Origin: an uncultured Clostridiaceae bacterium
GTDB lineage: Bacteria; Bacillota; Clostridia; TANB77; CAG-508
Length of the DNA: 64,000 nt
Assembly (NCBI GenBank): GCA_930990125.1
Contig: CAKNOI010000002.1
Location: 16,328 to 80,327, forward strand
Reading direction: 5' to 3'
The number at the start of each line of letters is the position of its first letter. Positions within the stretch are counted from its first letter, which is position 1. Below the pieces are notes generated by a model that was not told where the DNA came from, did no database searches, and saw nothing but the letters and a program-made list of their open reading frames with translations. Position numbers and translations under genes: made by a program. Of this stretch, positions 10,716 to 21,322 are shown one piece after another.

Positions 10716-11253
10716 ATCCTTTTTCCTCCAATTTTTTAGACATCTTTTTTCGTATTCGATGTAATCGATTACGAATAGTAAAATCACTTATTCCTGTTAT
10801 TTTGGCTATCTCTTTCGATTTTTTCCCATAATAGTAAAATAGCAGAAAAATATTTTTATCTTCTTTGGATAGTTTTTCAACAATAGAATATAAAATCTTA
10901 TTTTTTTCACGTTCTTCTAAAATCTCTTCTAAATTATCTAATGATACGTTATCCTCTTGTTCCATTGTTATTGTATATCCCGTATTTTTTTCTCGATACT
11001 TTTTCTTTAAAATATTTTTTACAATTCCAACCAGATAAGGTGTAAGGTATCTTTCTTCTTCTAATTTTTGCTCATTTCTCCATAATGCCAAAAAAGTATC
11101 CACTAAAATTTCTTCTATATCTTCTTTTTGTAAAAATCCTTTTGAAGAATTTTCTATTATTTTAGAAAGATAATAGGTATACTCTTGCATAATTTTTTCT
11201 AGGTTTAGATGATTATTTTCTCTATATTCTTTAATGGTTCTATTTTTTTCCAC
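10705..11253 (-). CDS. ECF-type sigma-70 family RNA polymerase sigma factor
   Basis: Region 2 (FLALWRNEQK...YLVGIVKNIL) and region 4 (SKEIAKITGISDFTIRNRLHRIRKKM) motifs. Confidence 0.8.
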   Translation of the reverse strand: MEKNRTIKEYRENNHLNLEKIMQEYTYYLSKIIENSSKGFLQKEDIEEILVDTFLALWRNEQKLEEERYLTPYLVGIVKNILKKKYREKNTGYTITMEQEDNVSLDNLEEILEEREKNKILYSIVEKLSKEDKNIFLLFYYYGKKSKEIAKITGISDFTIRNRLHRIRKKMSKKLEEKGYGK

Positions 11254-11315
11254 TTCTCTAATCCCCTTTTCTTTTCTCTTACACTTTTATATTACCATTT
11301 TATAAAGAAATGTAA

Positions 11316-11366
11316 CAGAAAAAATCGAGTAGAGAATAAATAATTATTTTATTTATTCTCTACTCG
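11316..11366 (-). terminator. Strong rho-independent terminator ending the ABC/Cys-rich-protein operon
   Basis: atcgagtagagaataaata..tatttattctctactcgat perfect long stem followed by a T-run on the minus transcript. Confidence 0.65.
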
Positions 11367-11782
11367 ATTGAGAAGTTAAATGTTAAATTATCTGTTCTAT
11401 AGGCATCTCCGCATCCTTCACATCTTCCATAATAATTATTTGTGTAAGTTGTTCCTGCTCCCCAATTTACCCAAATTCTTGATTCAACAGAAGATACATC
11501 ATATCCTTGTTTTATTCCGCCATCTTCTCTTACTAAATTGCCGTTTTTATTTTGCCATCCTACACAATGACATTCTAAAAAATTATCATAAGAATTATTT
11601 GCATCCGGACATTTATTTGCTTGTATTTTTGCATATGCAGTTATTGCACTTGACCCATATATAAATTCTCCTACCTCACAGTGACCTGTATAACCTTGTA
11701 CAATTCCTGCTATAAATAATGTTCCTATTATAATAAGTAACATTATTGCTCCTTTACTTTGTTTAATTGTTATTTTTCCCAT
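11360..11782 (-). CDS. Secreted Cys-rich small protein, candidate bacteriocin-like peptide
   Basis: N-terminal signal/TM MLLIIIGTLFIAGIVQG and a roughly 110-aa mature part with 6 Cys (HC, KC, ECHC, CEGC). A GYDVSSVESRIWVNW segment resembles the GYGVSS core of lactococcin-972-type bacteriocins. Last gene of an operon with an ABC ATPase and two FtsX-like permeases. Confidence 0.45.
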   Translation of the reverse strand: MGKITIKQSKGAIMLLIIIGTLFIAGIVQGYTGHCEVGEFIYGSSAITAYAKIQANKCPDANNSYDNFLECHCVGWQNKNGNLVREDGGIKQGYDVSSVESRIWVNWGAGTTYTNNYYGRCEGCGDAYRTDNLTFNFSIE

Positions 11783-11800
11783 TATAAAACCTCCTTTTAT

Positions 11801-12478
11801 TTATATATCGGCTTCATATATTATTCCATCTTTAATAGTGAAGTGTTTATTAGCTTTTCTGGCTAATTCCATATTATGCGTTACTAATATAATCGTTTTT
11901 CCTTGTTCATTTAGTTTTTCAAATATTTCTAATATTTTATAACTATTTTCTGTATCTAGAGAACCTGTCGGTTCATCTGCCAATATTATGTCTGGATTAT
12001 TTATTAAAGATCTGGCTATTGCAACTCTTTGCCTTTGTCCTCCTGACAGTTTTTTTACCTGTATATTGATTAGTTCTAAAATACCTAGTTCTTCACATAT
12101 TTCTTCAATTCTTTTTTCCTCTATCTTTTTCTGTTTACTAAATAAAGTTGGAACTAAAATATTATTTAAAACTGTTTCTTCTTCAATTAATCCAAATTCT
12201 TGTAATACAAAACCTATTTTTTGATTTCTTAACTTTGCCAATTCACAATCTTTCATACCATTGATATCTCTTCCCTCAAAGTAAAAAGTTCCTGATGTTA
12301 ATTTATCTATACAACCTATAATATATAATAATGTTGATTTGCCAGATCCAGAGACTCCTACAATAGAGCAAAAATCTCCTTTATTTATTTTTAAATTAAT
12401 TCCTTTAAGTGCTCTAACTTCTGTGTTTTTTCCTTTATTATAGTATTTGTATAAATTTTTAAGTTCAATAATACACAT
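11801..12478 (-). CDS. ABC transporter ATP-binding protein (MacB/LolD/FtsE type)
   Basis: Walker A GVSGSGKST, signature LSGGQRQR, Walker B ILADEPTGSLD. Confidence 0.9.
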   Translation of the reverse strand: MCIIELKNLYKYYNKGKNTEVRALKGINLKINKGDFCSIVGVSGSGKSTLLYIIGCIDKLTSGTFYFEGRDINGMKDCELAKLRNQKIGFVLQEFGLIEEETVLNNILVPTLFSKQKKIEEKRIEEICEELGILELINIQVKKLSGGQRQRVAIARSLINNPDIILADEPTGSLDTENSYKILEIFEKLNEQGKTIILVTHNMELARKANKHFTIKDGIIYEADI

Positions 12479-13675
12479 TTAATCCACCTCTTTCAGAAAT
12501 TCACTAGGTTTATATTTCTTTAGATTAATTATTGTCAACACACTAGCTAATGCAGCAATGCTCATATATAATAGTACTGTTATTATTACCACTTTAATAT
12601 TAAATGTATATATTGTTTTAAAATAACATACAATTATATTAGAAAAAATGCTAGATAAAATTGTGGGTATCAAGATTAGTAAGATGTTTTTTAAAATTAT
12701 ATACTTTAATCCTTTTTGCCAGGTTAATCCACATATATAGTAAATTGTTAACAGCCTCTTGTAATTAAGGGATGTAAGAATCGTATATCCTCCTATACTC
12801 ATTATAATAAAAATATAAACGATTAAAAACTGATAAATTTGACTCTCATTATATAATATTACATTTTTAGAATCATTTTGCTTTAACATATTTAACGTAT
12901 TAATTTTTCCTATTCCAGATAAATTGATCTTATCATATATATTATTAAGTTTTGATATATCACAATTAATTATAATTCCATCTTTAGCAGCATATTCTGC
13001 TTCAAAGTCTAAAATGTTAGGTATTATCGCAATTCTTTCTTTTAGATGTAATTTTGAGAATAAATCTGATACTGATGGATCCGTGTGATTTGAAGAACCA
13101 TAATACATATATGTTCCTCTTTTTAAAATACCTATAACTATACATTTAATTTTTTTCATTTCTTCTGTTTTATACTCTGGCATTTCTATCTCAATAGTGG
13201 ATCCAACATGATATTCACTTTTCATGTTATCTGAAATTATTATCGGGATAATTTTATTTGATTCTAAATCACTCTTTTCAAACCATCTCCCTTCCTGTAT
13301 TTGTAATTTAATAGTATTGCATACTAATTTATCATATAAGAATAAGTTAAAATCGTTTTTATTAGTCGATGCTAAATAAACAGTTCCCGTTTCAGATACG
13401 CCATCAATATTATTTATGAATTTCTTTATTATATTGTAGTTCTCATTAAAATACGTTTTAGGTGAAATCAATAAATTAAAGTTACTTGAAAACAAAATCG
13501 TGTTTTCTCCTATATTACTGTTGTTGATTATCGCCATTGTTTCAACATTTTTGATAATTGGCACCAATAAAAAAGTAACTGCAAACACTGAGATTATAAT
13601 CTGTAAAATTATAATTATATTTTTTAATTTGTCCTGTTTTAGGAAATTATAAAATATTTCTAAACCCTTTCTCAT
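12479..13675 (-). CDS. FtsX-like ABC permease (1+3 TM with large extracytoplasmic loop)
   Basis: N-terminal TM, about 250-aa loop and three C-terminal TMs. Adjacent to the ATPase, with start/stop abutting. Confidence 0.7.
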   Translation of the reverse strand: MRKGLEIFYNFLKQDKLKNIIIILQIIISVFAVTFLLVPIIKNVETMAIINNSNIGENTILFSSNFNLLISPKTYFNENYNIIKKFINNIDGVSETGTVYLASTNKNDFNLFLYDKLVCNTIKLQIQEGRWFEKSDLESNKIIPIIISDNMKSEYHVGSTIEIEMPEYKTEEMKKIKCIVIGILKRGTYMYYGSSNHTDPSVSDLFSKLHLKERIAIIPNILDFEAEYAAKDGIIINCDISKLNNIYDKINLSGIGKINTLNMLKQNDSKNVILYNESQIYQFLIVYIFIIMSIGGYTILTSLNYKRLLTIYYICGLTWQKGLKYIILKNILLILIPTILSSIFSNIIVCYFKTIYTFNIKVVIITVLLYMSIAALASVLTIINLKKYKPSEFLKEVD

Positions 13676-13678
13676 GAT

Positions 13679-14878
13679 TTATTTCCTTCCTATATATCTA
13701 GCTTCTATCTTAGAAATTTTATTAGCTAAAAGATGTGTATTTATAAAAACTATTAATATCGTTAATGTAACTATAACCATTATATCGTCTAGTTTTAAAA
13801 TATAATTTATCCCTATATATTTATAAAGACTAGATGTCATATAGTACAAAATAATTGATATAATACTTGTAAATATAGTAATTATACTGGACTCGCCAAT
13901 TACTATTTTATAAATTTGAATTTTGGTTGCTCCGCATATTCTGTATATCATATATTTTCTCCAATTTTTTTCTATCCAGTATTTAAATAAAGCTATAATA
14001 TTTACCATCGAAATTAACAGAAAAAGGCTATAGACAATAATTTGAAAATTAATATCTCTAAGATTTGCCGTATCTTCTCTAATCGGAAATTGTATTTCAT
14101 AGTCTTCCAATCTATTTGTCAATTCTTTTTCAAATTTAACTCTATCTTCTTTACTAACTCCATTTGGTAGAATGATTTCTAATCCGGAAATAGGGTACTT
14201 ATCTAGAAAGAAAGTGGTTATAGGTATATATCCAAATTCTATCATAGATTCCTTTATTTCTTCTTCACTGAAATTTGTTGATTTTTCTATATAATCGCTA
14301 CTATTTATATTTATTTTGTCTATTGCTTGAACTACATAATTATGCTTATTAAACTTAATTTCTTTATGTAGGATGAAATTATCTTCCATTGATATACTAT
14401 CAGTTATTCCTATTAATATATACCTACTGCACTTTTCTATATCTTCTTCATTTAGTAATCTTCCAATATAATCTTTCATAACATTGTTATTTTTATTAGT
14501 TCCTATGCATACTTGATAAGTAGAATACATATTTTGTGTAAAATTTTCATATTCTACTCCGCTTGCTTTTTCACCTTTTTTAACTAATGTTGGATTTGAA
14601 TATACACGATAAATATTTGAAATAATGTGTTCATCTACATATTTTATAAATTCCTTAATTTTTTCTTCATTCATATTTTGTTTATGATTTGAAATATAAT
14701 ATCTATCTTTAGCTCCAATTGACACATTATATGAATCTACTTCATTCATTGCTGTACTACTAAGGAAAAAAAATGAATATATCGAAATTACTAGACTAAT
14801 AACTAATATAATAAAAATCACTGTCCTTTGTTTCGCAAAATCTAGAATATCTTTAAATATTATTGCTAAACTTTTCAT
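13679..14878 (-). CDS. FtsX-like ABC permease, paralogous partner of 12479..13675
   Basis: Same topology. First gene of the operon. Confidence 0.7.
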   Translation of the reverse strand: MKSLAIIFKDILDFAKQRTVIFIILVISLVISIYSFFFLSSTAMNEVDSYNVSIGAKDRYYISNHKQNMNEEKIKEFIKYVDEHIISNIYRVYSNPTLVKKGEKASGVEYENFTQNMYSTYQVCIGTNKNNNVMKDYIGRLLNEEDIEKCSRYILIGITDSISMEDNFILHKEIKFNKHNYVVQAIDKININSSDYIEKSTNFSEEEIKESMIEFGYIPITTFFLDKYPISGLEIILPNGVSKEDRVKFEKELTNRLEDYEIQFPIREDTANLRDINFQIIVYSLFLLISMVNIIALFKYWIEKNWRKYMIYRICGATKIQIYKIVIGESSIITIFTSIISIILYYMTSSLYKYIGINYILKLDDIMVIVTLTILIVFINTHLLANKISKIEARYIGRK

Positions 14879-15127
14879 ATAATACTTTCTCCTTTTTATT
14901 ATATTACCATATTGAATCTTTTTCTGTTCTAAAAGATAGAAAAAGATATATTTTTATCTTTTGATTCATTTTATCGCAATCTTCAAAATATTTCCATATT
15001 CATGAGATGACTGGTCTTTTTTTAGGATAAGTGGTAATTATTCCTGTTTATCATTTTCTTATGCAAAATTATTGCAATTCCTGTTTATTTAAGATACAAT
15101 GTTGTCATAAAATTTGAAACAAAGGAA

Positions 15128-17425
15128 ATGGTGAAACGATTGGAGAAAAAGAAAACAATTTCATTTCAGAAAGAAAAAGAGAAAAAGTTTACGTTAACAC
15201 GTAATAAAAAATTGTTAATTGTATTAATTATTACCTTGCTGTTATTACTAGCTTTGCTTGTGCGAATAGGTTTTCTACAGTTTGTACAGGGTTCGGATTT
15301 AAAGGAAAAAATGTATAGACAACTAGTTACTAGCAAAGCAATTAGTCCTAAACGTGGTTCTATTTTAGATACCAATTATAGGGCCTTAGCAAGGAGTGCT
15401 GCGGTGGATACGGTTACGATTAATCCTACTAGTATTTGTTCTACCAATTCCGCTGAAGAAAAGGCAGCAGAGGAAACCAAGGCTTTAAAAGAAAAGGTGG
15501 CAAAAGCTTTTTCTGAAATATTTGAATTAGATTATGAAGAAACTCTTGCTAAAGTTAGTAGTGATTCTTCTATTGAAACCATCGCAAAAAAAGTAGAACA
15601 AGATAAAGTAGATGAGCTTCGTAACTGGATGGAAGAAAATGAAATTTATTCTGGTATTAATATTGATGAAGATACCAAACGCTACTATCCATACGACAAT
15701 TTAGCTTCTAATTTAATTGGTTTTTGTGGTAGTGATAATGATGGTAGATGGGGATTAGAATACACTTGGGATGATGTATTAACTGGAACCCCTGGAAAAA
15801 TAGTAACTTCTGAAGATGCCGTACAAGAAGTAATACCAGATAAAGATGAACGCTATGTTGCTCCAGAAAATGGTAGTAATATTGTTCTTACTCTAGATGT
15901 TTATATTCAGTCTATTGTAGAAAAGTATTTAGAGCAAGCTGTTATTGAAAATAATGCTGGTCAAGGTGGAATTGCAATGGTAATGGATCCTAAAACAGGA
16001 GATATTCTAGCTTCTGCTACTTATCCAGATTATAACTTAAATGATCCAAATACGATTAATGATGAAGAAATTCAAAAAGCTTGGAACAATCTTTCCAGTT
16101 CTGAACAATATAACTATTTATCCGAAATGTGGAGAGATAAATGTATTTCTAGCACATATGAGCCAGGTTCTACTTTTAAGATTATTAATTCTGCTATTGC
16201 TTTAGAAGAACAAGTTACTACTCCCGATGTAGAAGGCGAATTTAATTGTATTGGATATGAAATGGTTGCAGGCTTAAGAATTCACTGTTGGAGCTCTGTT
16301 CCGCATGGTCCAGAAAGTTTACGTGAAGCACTTGAACATTCTTGTAACCCTTCCTTTATGCAATTAGGTAAAAAAATGGGAGCAGACACTATGTACCGCT
16401 ATTATGATGCGTTAAACCTTTTAACCAAAACAGGGGTAAAGGCCTATGCAGAAGAAAGTGCTGTATGGTGGGATTTAGATGATGTTGGCGAAGTAGAGCT
16501 TGCTACAATGTCTTTTGGTCAGCGTTTTAATATTACTCCTTTGCAATTAGTTTCTGCTGTTTCTGCTGTTGTAAATGACGGAACATTAATGCGACCACGA
16601 ATTGTAAAAGAGATTATTAATGCAGATGATGGTAGTGTTACTACCTTAGAGCCAGAAGAAGTAAGACAAGTATTTTCCAAAGAAACTTCTAAAACAATGC
16701 GAGAAATGTTAGAATCTGTTGTAGTAGATGGAACTGGAAAACATGCTGCTGTTACCGGATATTCTATTGGTGGAAAATCTGGTACTACAGAACCTCTTTC
16801 TGAAAATGAAGATGGCATTTATATTGCTTCTTTTATTGGAGTAGCTCCTATTGAGAATCCAGAAGTGGTTGTACTTGTTGCTATTTACGATCCACAAGAC
16901 GAAGACAATGGTCATCAGGGTGGTTTAGTAGCAGGACCTGTAGTAAGCCAAATTTTATCTGAGGTACTACCATATTTAGGTGTTGCTTCTAATGAAGTAC
17001 CAGCAGATGATGAGGATTCCCCTTATGCTACTACTACTTTAAAAGATGTTACAAATAAGACAGCAAAAGAAGCAATTAGCATATTAGAGGAACAAGGCTT
17101 TGAAGTAAGCATAGGAAATAACGGAGATAAAAATTCTATGGTTATTACCGATCAAGTTCCAAAAGCAGGAACACCATTAATAGAAGGCTCTATTGTAAAA
17201 TTATATACTGCTGAAAATGATACTAGAATTTCTACTACTGTACCAAACTTAAAAGGTATGAGTATTGCTCAAGCTGTTAATGCTCTTAAGGCAAAGAACT
17301 TAAATATACGAATAGAAGGAACTTCTGGTATTGTAGTATCGCAAGACCCAATTTTAGATACTCAGGTAGAAGAAGGAACGGTTGTTAATGTTACTTTTAA
17401 GCAAGAAATATCAAATGCCTACTAA
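15128..17425 (+). CDS. Class B penicillin-binding protein (transpeptidase, SpoVD/PBP2B-like) with two C-terminal PASTA domains
   Basis: N-terminal TM, STFK active-site motif, then SCN and KSGT motifs. Two PASTA repeats sit near the C-terminus (TLKDVTNKTAKEAISILEEQGFEV; NLKGMSIAQAVNALKAKNLNIRIEG). Confidence 0.85.
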   Translation: MVKRLEKKKTISFQKEKEKKFTLTRNKKLLIVLIITLLLLLALLVRIGFLQFVQGSDLKEKMYRQLVTSKAISPKRGSILDTNYRALARSAAVDTVTINPTSICSTNSAEEKAAEETKALKEKVAKAFSEIFELDYEETLAKVSSDSSIETIAKKVEQDKVDELRNWMEENEIYSGINIDEDTKRYYPYDNLASNLIGFCGSDNDGRWGLEYTWDDVLTGTPGKIVTSEDAVQEVIPDKDERYVAPENGSNIVLTLDVYIQSIVEKYLEQAVIENNAGQGGIAMVMDPKTGDILASATYPDYNLNDPNTINDEEIQKAWNNLSSSEQYNYLSEMWRDKCISSTYEPGSTFKIINSAIALEEQVTTPDVEGEFNCIGYEMVAGLRIHCWSSVPHGPESLREALEHSCNPSFMQLGKKMGADTMYRYYDALNLLTKTGVKAYAEESAVWWDLDDVGEVELATMSFGQRFNITPLQLVSAVSAVVNDGTLMRPRIVKEIINADDGSVTTLEPEEVRQVFSKETSKTMREMLESVVVDGTGKHAAVTGYSIGGKSGTTEPLSENEDGIYIASFIGVAPIENPEVVVLVAIYDPQDEDNGHQGGLVAGPVVSQILSEVLPYLGVASNEVPADDEDSPYATTTLKDVTNKTAKEAISILEEQGFEVSIGNNGDKNSMVITDQVPKAGTPLIEGSIVKLYTAENDTRISTTVPNLKGMSIAQAVNALKAKNLNIRIEGTSGIVVSQDPILDTQVEEGTVVNVTFKQEISNAY

Positions 17426-17457
17426 AAAAAGAAACCTATTTGGTTTCTTTTTTTAGG
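17426..17457. terminator. Bidirectional terminator between the PBP gene and the exonuclease gene
   Basis: aaagaaacc tattt ggtttcttt hairpin flanked by A- and T-runs, between convergent genes. Confidence 0.6.
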
Positions 17458-17998
17458 CATCTTTTCCTTGTTTTAAATATTCTAGGTAAATTTTTGCACA
17501 ACATTCACAGTCAAATTCTGCACGGTGGAATCCTGTTTCTCTTATTCCAATATGATGAGCAATAGTAGCTAGTTTGTGATTTATTAACTGTGGATACATT
17601 TTTCTTCCTAATTTTACGGTATCTACTACTTTATTTTTGGAAAAACTATTATTGGAATAGACCTGTAAAAAGCTTACATCGAAGGGAGCATTGTGCGCAA
17701 CAATGGTACAGTTACCAATAAAAGCAATTACCTCTTGCATTACTTCCCATACTGGTCTTGCATCTTTTACCATGGTATTTGTAATTCCTGTAAGTTCCGT
17801 TATTTTTTGTGGTATTGGCTCAACGGGTTTAATAAAGCTTGTATATGTTTCCACTTTATGAAAATTTTCGTATTTAATAGCACTTACTTCTATTAACTCA
17901 CTGGTAAGTGGGGATAGTCCCGTAGTTTCCACATCTACTGCTACAAATTTTTGCCCCTCTTTTGGCTTTTCTTGTATTGCTTCAAATAAACTATTCAT
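17453..17998 (-). CDS. DnaQ-like 3'-5' exonuclease (DEDD family)
   Basis: VAVDVETTGL Exo I motif and IVAHNAPFDVSFL Exo II motif. Preferred start is MNSLFEAIQEK (ATG at 17998) with an AAGGAGAAG RBS; the ORF track extends to 18061. Confidence 0.8.
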   Translation of the reverse strand: MNSLFEAIQEKPKEGQKFVAVDVETTGLSPLTSELIEVSAIKYENFHKVETYTSFIKPVEPIPQKITELTGITNTMVKDARPVWEVMQEVIAFIGNCTIVAHNAPFDVSFLQVYSNNSFSKNKVVDTVKLGRKMYPQLINHKLATIAHHIGIRETGFHRAEFDCECCAKIYLEYLKQGKDA

Positions 17999-18073
17999 GT
18001 CTTCTCCTTTTCTTTTTACATCTTTCGACATGGCTAAAGTATAGCATAAACAATACAACAATACAAGCTTTGT

Positions 18074-18685
18074 TTATTCTCTTTTCCATAAGGTCATTTT
18101 ATTACCAGATTCTCCTTCTAAGTAAATCGTATTTACGCCTTCTATTTCTATACTACCATCTATTGTTTTTCCCCCATCCCCCCATTTAGAATACAACTTA
18201 AAAATAATGATGGGGTCTCCCGGTTTATAACTATATCTACTAGTTATATATCGCCCTTCTTTTTCATAATTTATTTTATAATGCAATATTTCTTTTTCTG
18301 TTGTTTGTCCTGTTTCTTCGTCTCTTATTGTAACCATTTCTGTTCTTCGTTCTTGAATCTCTAAGTCGTCCAAAGATAGCGGAAGACCTGTATTGTGGTA
18401 TACTATTCCTCCACTAAAAAGTAGTAGCACAATAGCAATGGTAATACAAAAGATTCCTGCTTTTTTGGTAAACTTTACTTTTTTTAGAAAGTCAATTTTA
18501 AGTGTCTGATTTTTTTCTTGTGTTTCCGTTTCTTCTACCTCTGCTGTACTTTCTTCTAATATTTTTTTACATTCCCTACAATGCATCACATGTTCTTTGA
18601 TAAATACATTGGTTTCTTCACTTGTTAACTGTTCTAGATAATTTGGTATTAAATCTTGTACCAAAGCACATTCTGTTTTTTTCAT
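18074..18685 (-). CDS. zf-HC2 membrane anti-sigma factor (RsiW-like)
   Basis: MKKTECALVQDLIPNYLEQLTSEETNVFIKEHVMHCRECKK is a zf-HC2 domain; one TM and a roughly 110-aa ectodomain. The start abuts the stop of the upstream sigma gene (TAATG). Confidence 0.7.
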   Translation of the reverse strand: MKKTECALVQDLIPNYLEQLTSEETNVFIKEHVMHCRECKKILEESTAEVEETETQEKNQTLKIDFLKKVKFTKKAGIFCITIAIVLLLFSGGIVYHNTGLPLSLDDLEIQERRTEMVTIRDEETGQTTEKEILHYKINYEKEGRYITSRYSYKPGDPIIIFKLYSKWGDGGKTIDGSIEIEGVNTIYLEGESGNKMTLWKRE

Positions 18686-19177
18686 TATTTCTTTTCTCCT
18701 TCCTTTATTTTTTGTTTTCCTCTGTAATATGTAACTCTTGCCCAATTTTCGGACTTATTTAGTATTTCTCCAATTTCTGCAAAACTTAAATTGCCGACTA
18801 AGCCTTAAATACATTACCTCTCTTGTAGGACTCGTTAAATTTTGAATCTTACGGTACAGTTCTATTTTACTTTCTTTGGCACATATTGCCTCTTCTACGT
18901 CTTTTTCAGAAAAAAGAGTATCCTGTACTTCTTTTGATTCCATATTGGTAAATCGGCTTCTTCTTTTTGCTTCACGGTACCATAAGTGCTTTGCTATTTG
19001 GCATAACCATACCGATAATTTACATGTTCCATCATAACGATGAATAGACCTCATTGCTTGGTAAAAGGTTTCTTGAACTAGTTCTTCTGCAAGGAAAGAA
19101 TCGTGGCATAAGCATAATACATATTTATAAACAAGTTCTGCATTTTCTTGATACATTTCTTCTATTTTCTTATCCAT
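18686..19177 (-). pseudogene. ECF sigma factor gene with an apparent +1/-2 frameshift in region 4
   Basis: The frame from 19177 gives regions 2 to 4.1, then reads ...REVMYLRLSRQFKFCRNWRNTK* . The adjacent frame reads GNLSFAEIGEILNKSENWARVTYYRGKQKIKEGEKK* , a canonical region 4.2. The frame switch is at about 18793..18800 (agtCggcaat on the coding strand). The shifted frame ends exactly at the anti-sigma start. Confidence 0.6.
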
Positions 19178-19313
19178 TTTTCTCTCCTTTCACTTATATA
19201 TCTTTTTCTTTGCCTTTTCGTTACATACTTTTTGATATTTTTTTATTTCTAGAACAGAAAAAAAGCAAGGTTTTTAGAATTACTTTTCTTTTAAACCCTG
19301 CTTTTTTATTTTA

Positions 19314-21116
19314 TTAACTATTAATAATTGCTTCAAATTCGTCGCCATCAATTTTTTCTTTTTCTAGTAACACACCTGCAATAGCATGTAATTTATCAAT
19401 ATTGGCTCTTAAAATGTCTTCTGCTCTTTTATATCCGGTATCAATAATTTTCTTGATTTCTTCGTCTATAATTGCTGCTGTTTCTTCGGAATATTCTTTT
19501 GCTTGTGCAAAGTCTCTTCCTAGGAATACTTCTTCTTGGCTAGAGCCTAGGGTAATAGTTCCTATTCTTTCGCTCATACCGTATTTAGTAACCATTGCTT
19601 TTGCAATACTTGTTGCTCTTTCTATATCATTACTTGCTCCGGTAGAAATATCATTTAAAATTAATTTTTCTGCTACTCTACCACCAAGTAAAGATACAAT
19701 GTGTTCTTCCATTTCTGTTTTAGACATAAAAGATTTGTCTTCGTTTGGACGATACATCGTGTATCCTCCTGCCATACCGCGAGGTACAATAGAAATTTGA
19801 TGTACCATATCTTGGGTTGGTAAAAATCTACTAACTAGTGCGTGACCTGCTTCATGGTATGCTACTAATTTGTTTTCTTTTTCACTTCTTACTCTTGTTT
19901 TCTTTTCTGGTCCCATGGTTACTTTTACCATAGCATCTTCTATTTCGCGTTCTCCTATTTCGTGTAAATCCCTTCTAGCAGCAAGTAGAGCTGCTTCGTT
20001 TAACACGTTTTCTAAGTCTGCTCCAGAAAATCCTGAGGTATTTTTTGCAATAATAGATAAGTCTACATCATCGGCTAAGCGTTTTCCTCTAGAATGTACT
20101 TCTAGAATTTGTTCTCTTGCTTTTACATCTGGTGCGGATACTACAATTTGACGGTCAAATCTTCCTGGTCTTAATAAGGCTTTATCTAGTACATCTGGTC
20201 TATTGGTTGCAGCAAGTACAATAACACCTTCGTTGCTTGCAAATCCATCCATTTCTACTAATAATTGGTTTAAAGTTTGTTCTCTTTCGTCATGTCCTCC
20301 ACCAAGTCCTGCTCCTCTTTGACGTCCTACAGCATCTATCTCATCGATAAAAATAATACATGGTGCATTCTTTTTGGCTTGTTCAAATAAATCTCTTACA
20401 CGAGATGCACCAACACCAACGAACATTTCTACGAACTCGGAACCACTAATAATAAAGAATGGAACTCCTGCTTCTCCTGCTACCGCTTTTGCAAGTAATG
20501 TTTTTCCTGTACCAGGTTGACCTACTAGTAACACACCTTTTGGAATTCTTGCTCCCATTTCTGTAAATTTTCTTGGATTTTTTAAGAATTGTACAATTTC
20601 TTGTAATTCTTCTTGTTCTTCGTCTACTCCTGCTACATCGTCAAAGGTAATTTTATTTTTGTCGGCTGGTGTCATCATTTTGGCTTTACTCTTGCCAAAA
20701 GACATTGTCTTGTTTCCTCCTTGACTTCCGCCATTCATGAGTACAAACATAAAAATTAAGAAAATAATTAAGATTCCAAATGGAGTAAGAAGACTTAATA
20801 GTACCATAATAATGGATTCAGATTTTTCACTTAAGCGTATGCTACCTTCTTTTAATGGCTCTTGCATGTAGTCCATAAAGCTTTCCATATTTGGAATATT
20901 TACTTCTTTTTTAAAAGTTTCTCCCTTTAAAGTAACATTTGCTTTTCCTCCACCTGCTTCTATTTCTATTTCTTCTACCTCACCAGCTTGGATTTTGGTA
21001 ATAAGCTCTGAATAAGCAAGTTTGGTATCACTATTTTCTACAATAGAAGTAATAAGTACAATAGTGATAATACCAATAATTAGCCACATCGCTAATGTTT
21101 TTAATCCACTTTTCAT
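19314..21116 (-). CDS. ftsH: ATP-dependent zinc metalloprotease FtsH
   Basis: Two N-terminal TMs, AAA Walker A GPPGTGKT and HEAGHAL zinc-binding motif. Confidence 0.95.
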   Translation of the reverse strand: MKSGLKTLAMWLIIGIITIVLITSIVENSDTKLAYSELITKIQAGEVEEIEIEAGGGKANVTLKGETFKKEVNIPNMESFMDYMQEPLKEGSIRLSEKSESIIMVLLSLLTPFGILIIFLIFMFVLMNGGSQGGNKTMSFGKSKAKMMTPADKNKITFDDVAGVDEEQEELQEIVQFLKNPRKFTEMGARIPKGVLLVGQPGTGKTLLAKAVAGEAGVPFFIISGSEFVEMFVGVGASRVRDLFEQAKKNAPCIIFIDEIDAVGRQRGAGLGGGHDEREQTLNQLLVEMDGFASNEGVIVLAATNRPDVLDKALLRPGRFDRQIVVSAPDVKAREQILEVHSRGKRLADDVDLSIIAKNTSGFSGADLENVLNEAALLAARRDLHEIGEREIEDAMVKVTMGPEKKTRVRSEKENKLVAYHEAGHALVSRFLPTQDMVHQISIVPRGMAGGYTMYRPNEDKSFMSKTEMEEHIVSLLGGRVAEKLILNDISTGASNDIERATSIAKAMVTKYGMSERIGTITLGSSQEEVFLGRDFAQAKEYSEETAAIIDEEIKKIIDTGYKRAEDILRANIDKLHAIAGVLLEKEKIDGDEFEAIINS

Positions 21117-21322
21117 GTTTTACTTCCTTTCTTAAACTATTGTTTTGTTATGTCTTAAAAACTATACCATATTTCAGATAGTTTATCAATAGTTTTTGGT
21201 AAAGATTATTTTTCCAACTCCTTACGACTCTAAGCTTTCCTTACGGAAGTTTAGGATAGGCAATAAAAAAAATTTTTCTATTTTTTACAAGTATTTTTAC
21301 TTTTTTATTCGGAATTAAAAAC

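Noticed and set aside
11254-11359. Long palindrome between the Cys-rich gene and the sigma gene as a possible regulatory operator
   Set aside because: It is followed by a clear T-run on the minus transcript, so it is better explained as the intrinsic terminator of the ABC operon.
18686-18745. N-terminal 20-aa extension (MGKSYILQRKTKNKGRRKEI) of the anti-sigma ORF
   Set aside because: This stretch is the C-terminal coding region of the frameshifted sigma gene read in another frame. The anti-sigma starts at MKKTECALV, abutting the sigma stop.
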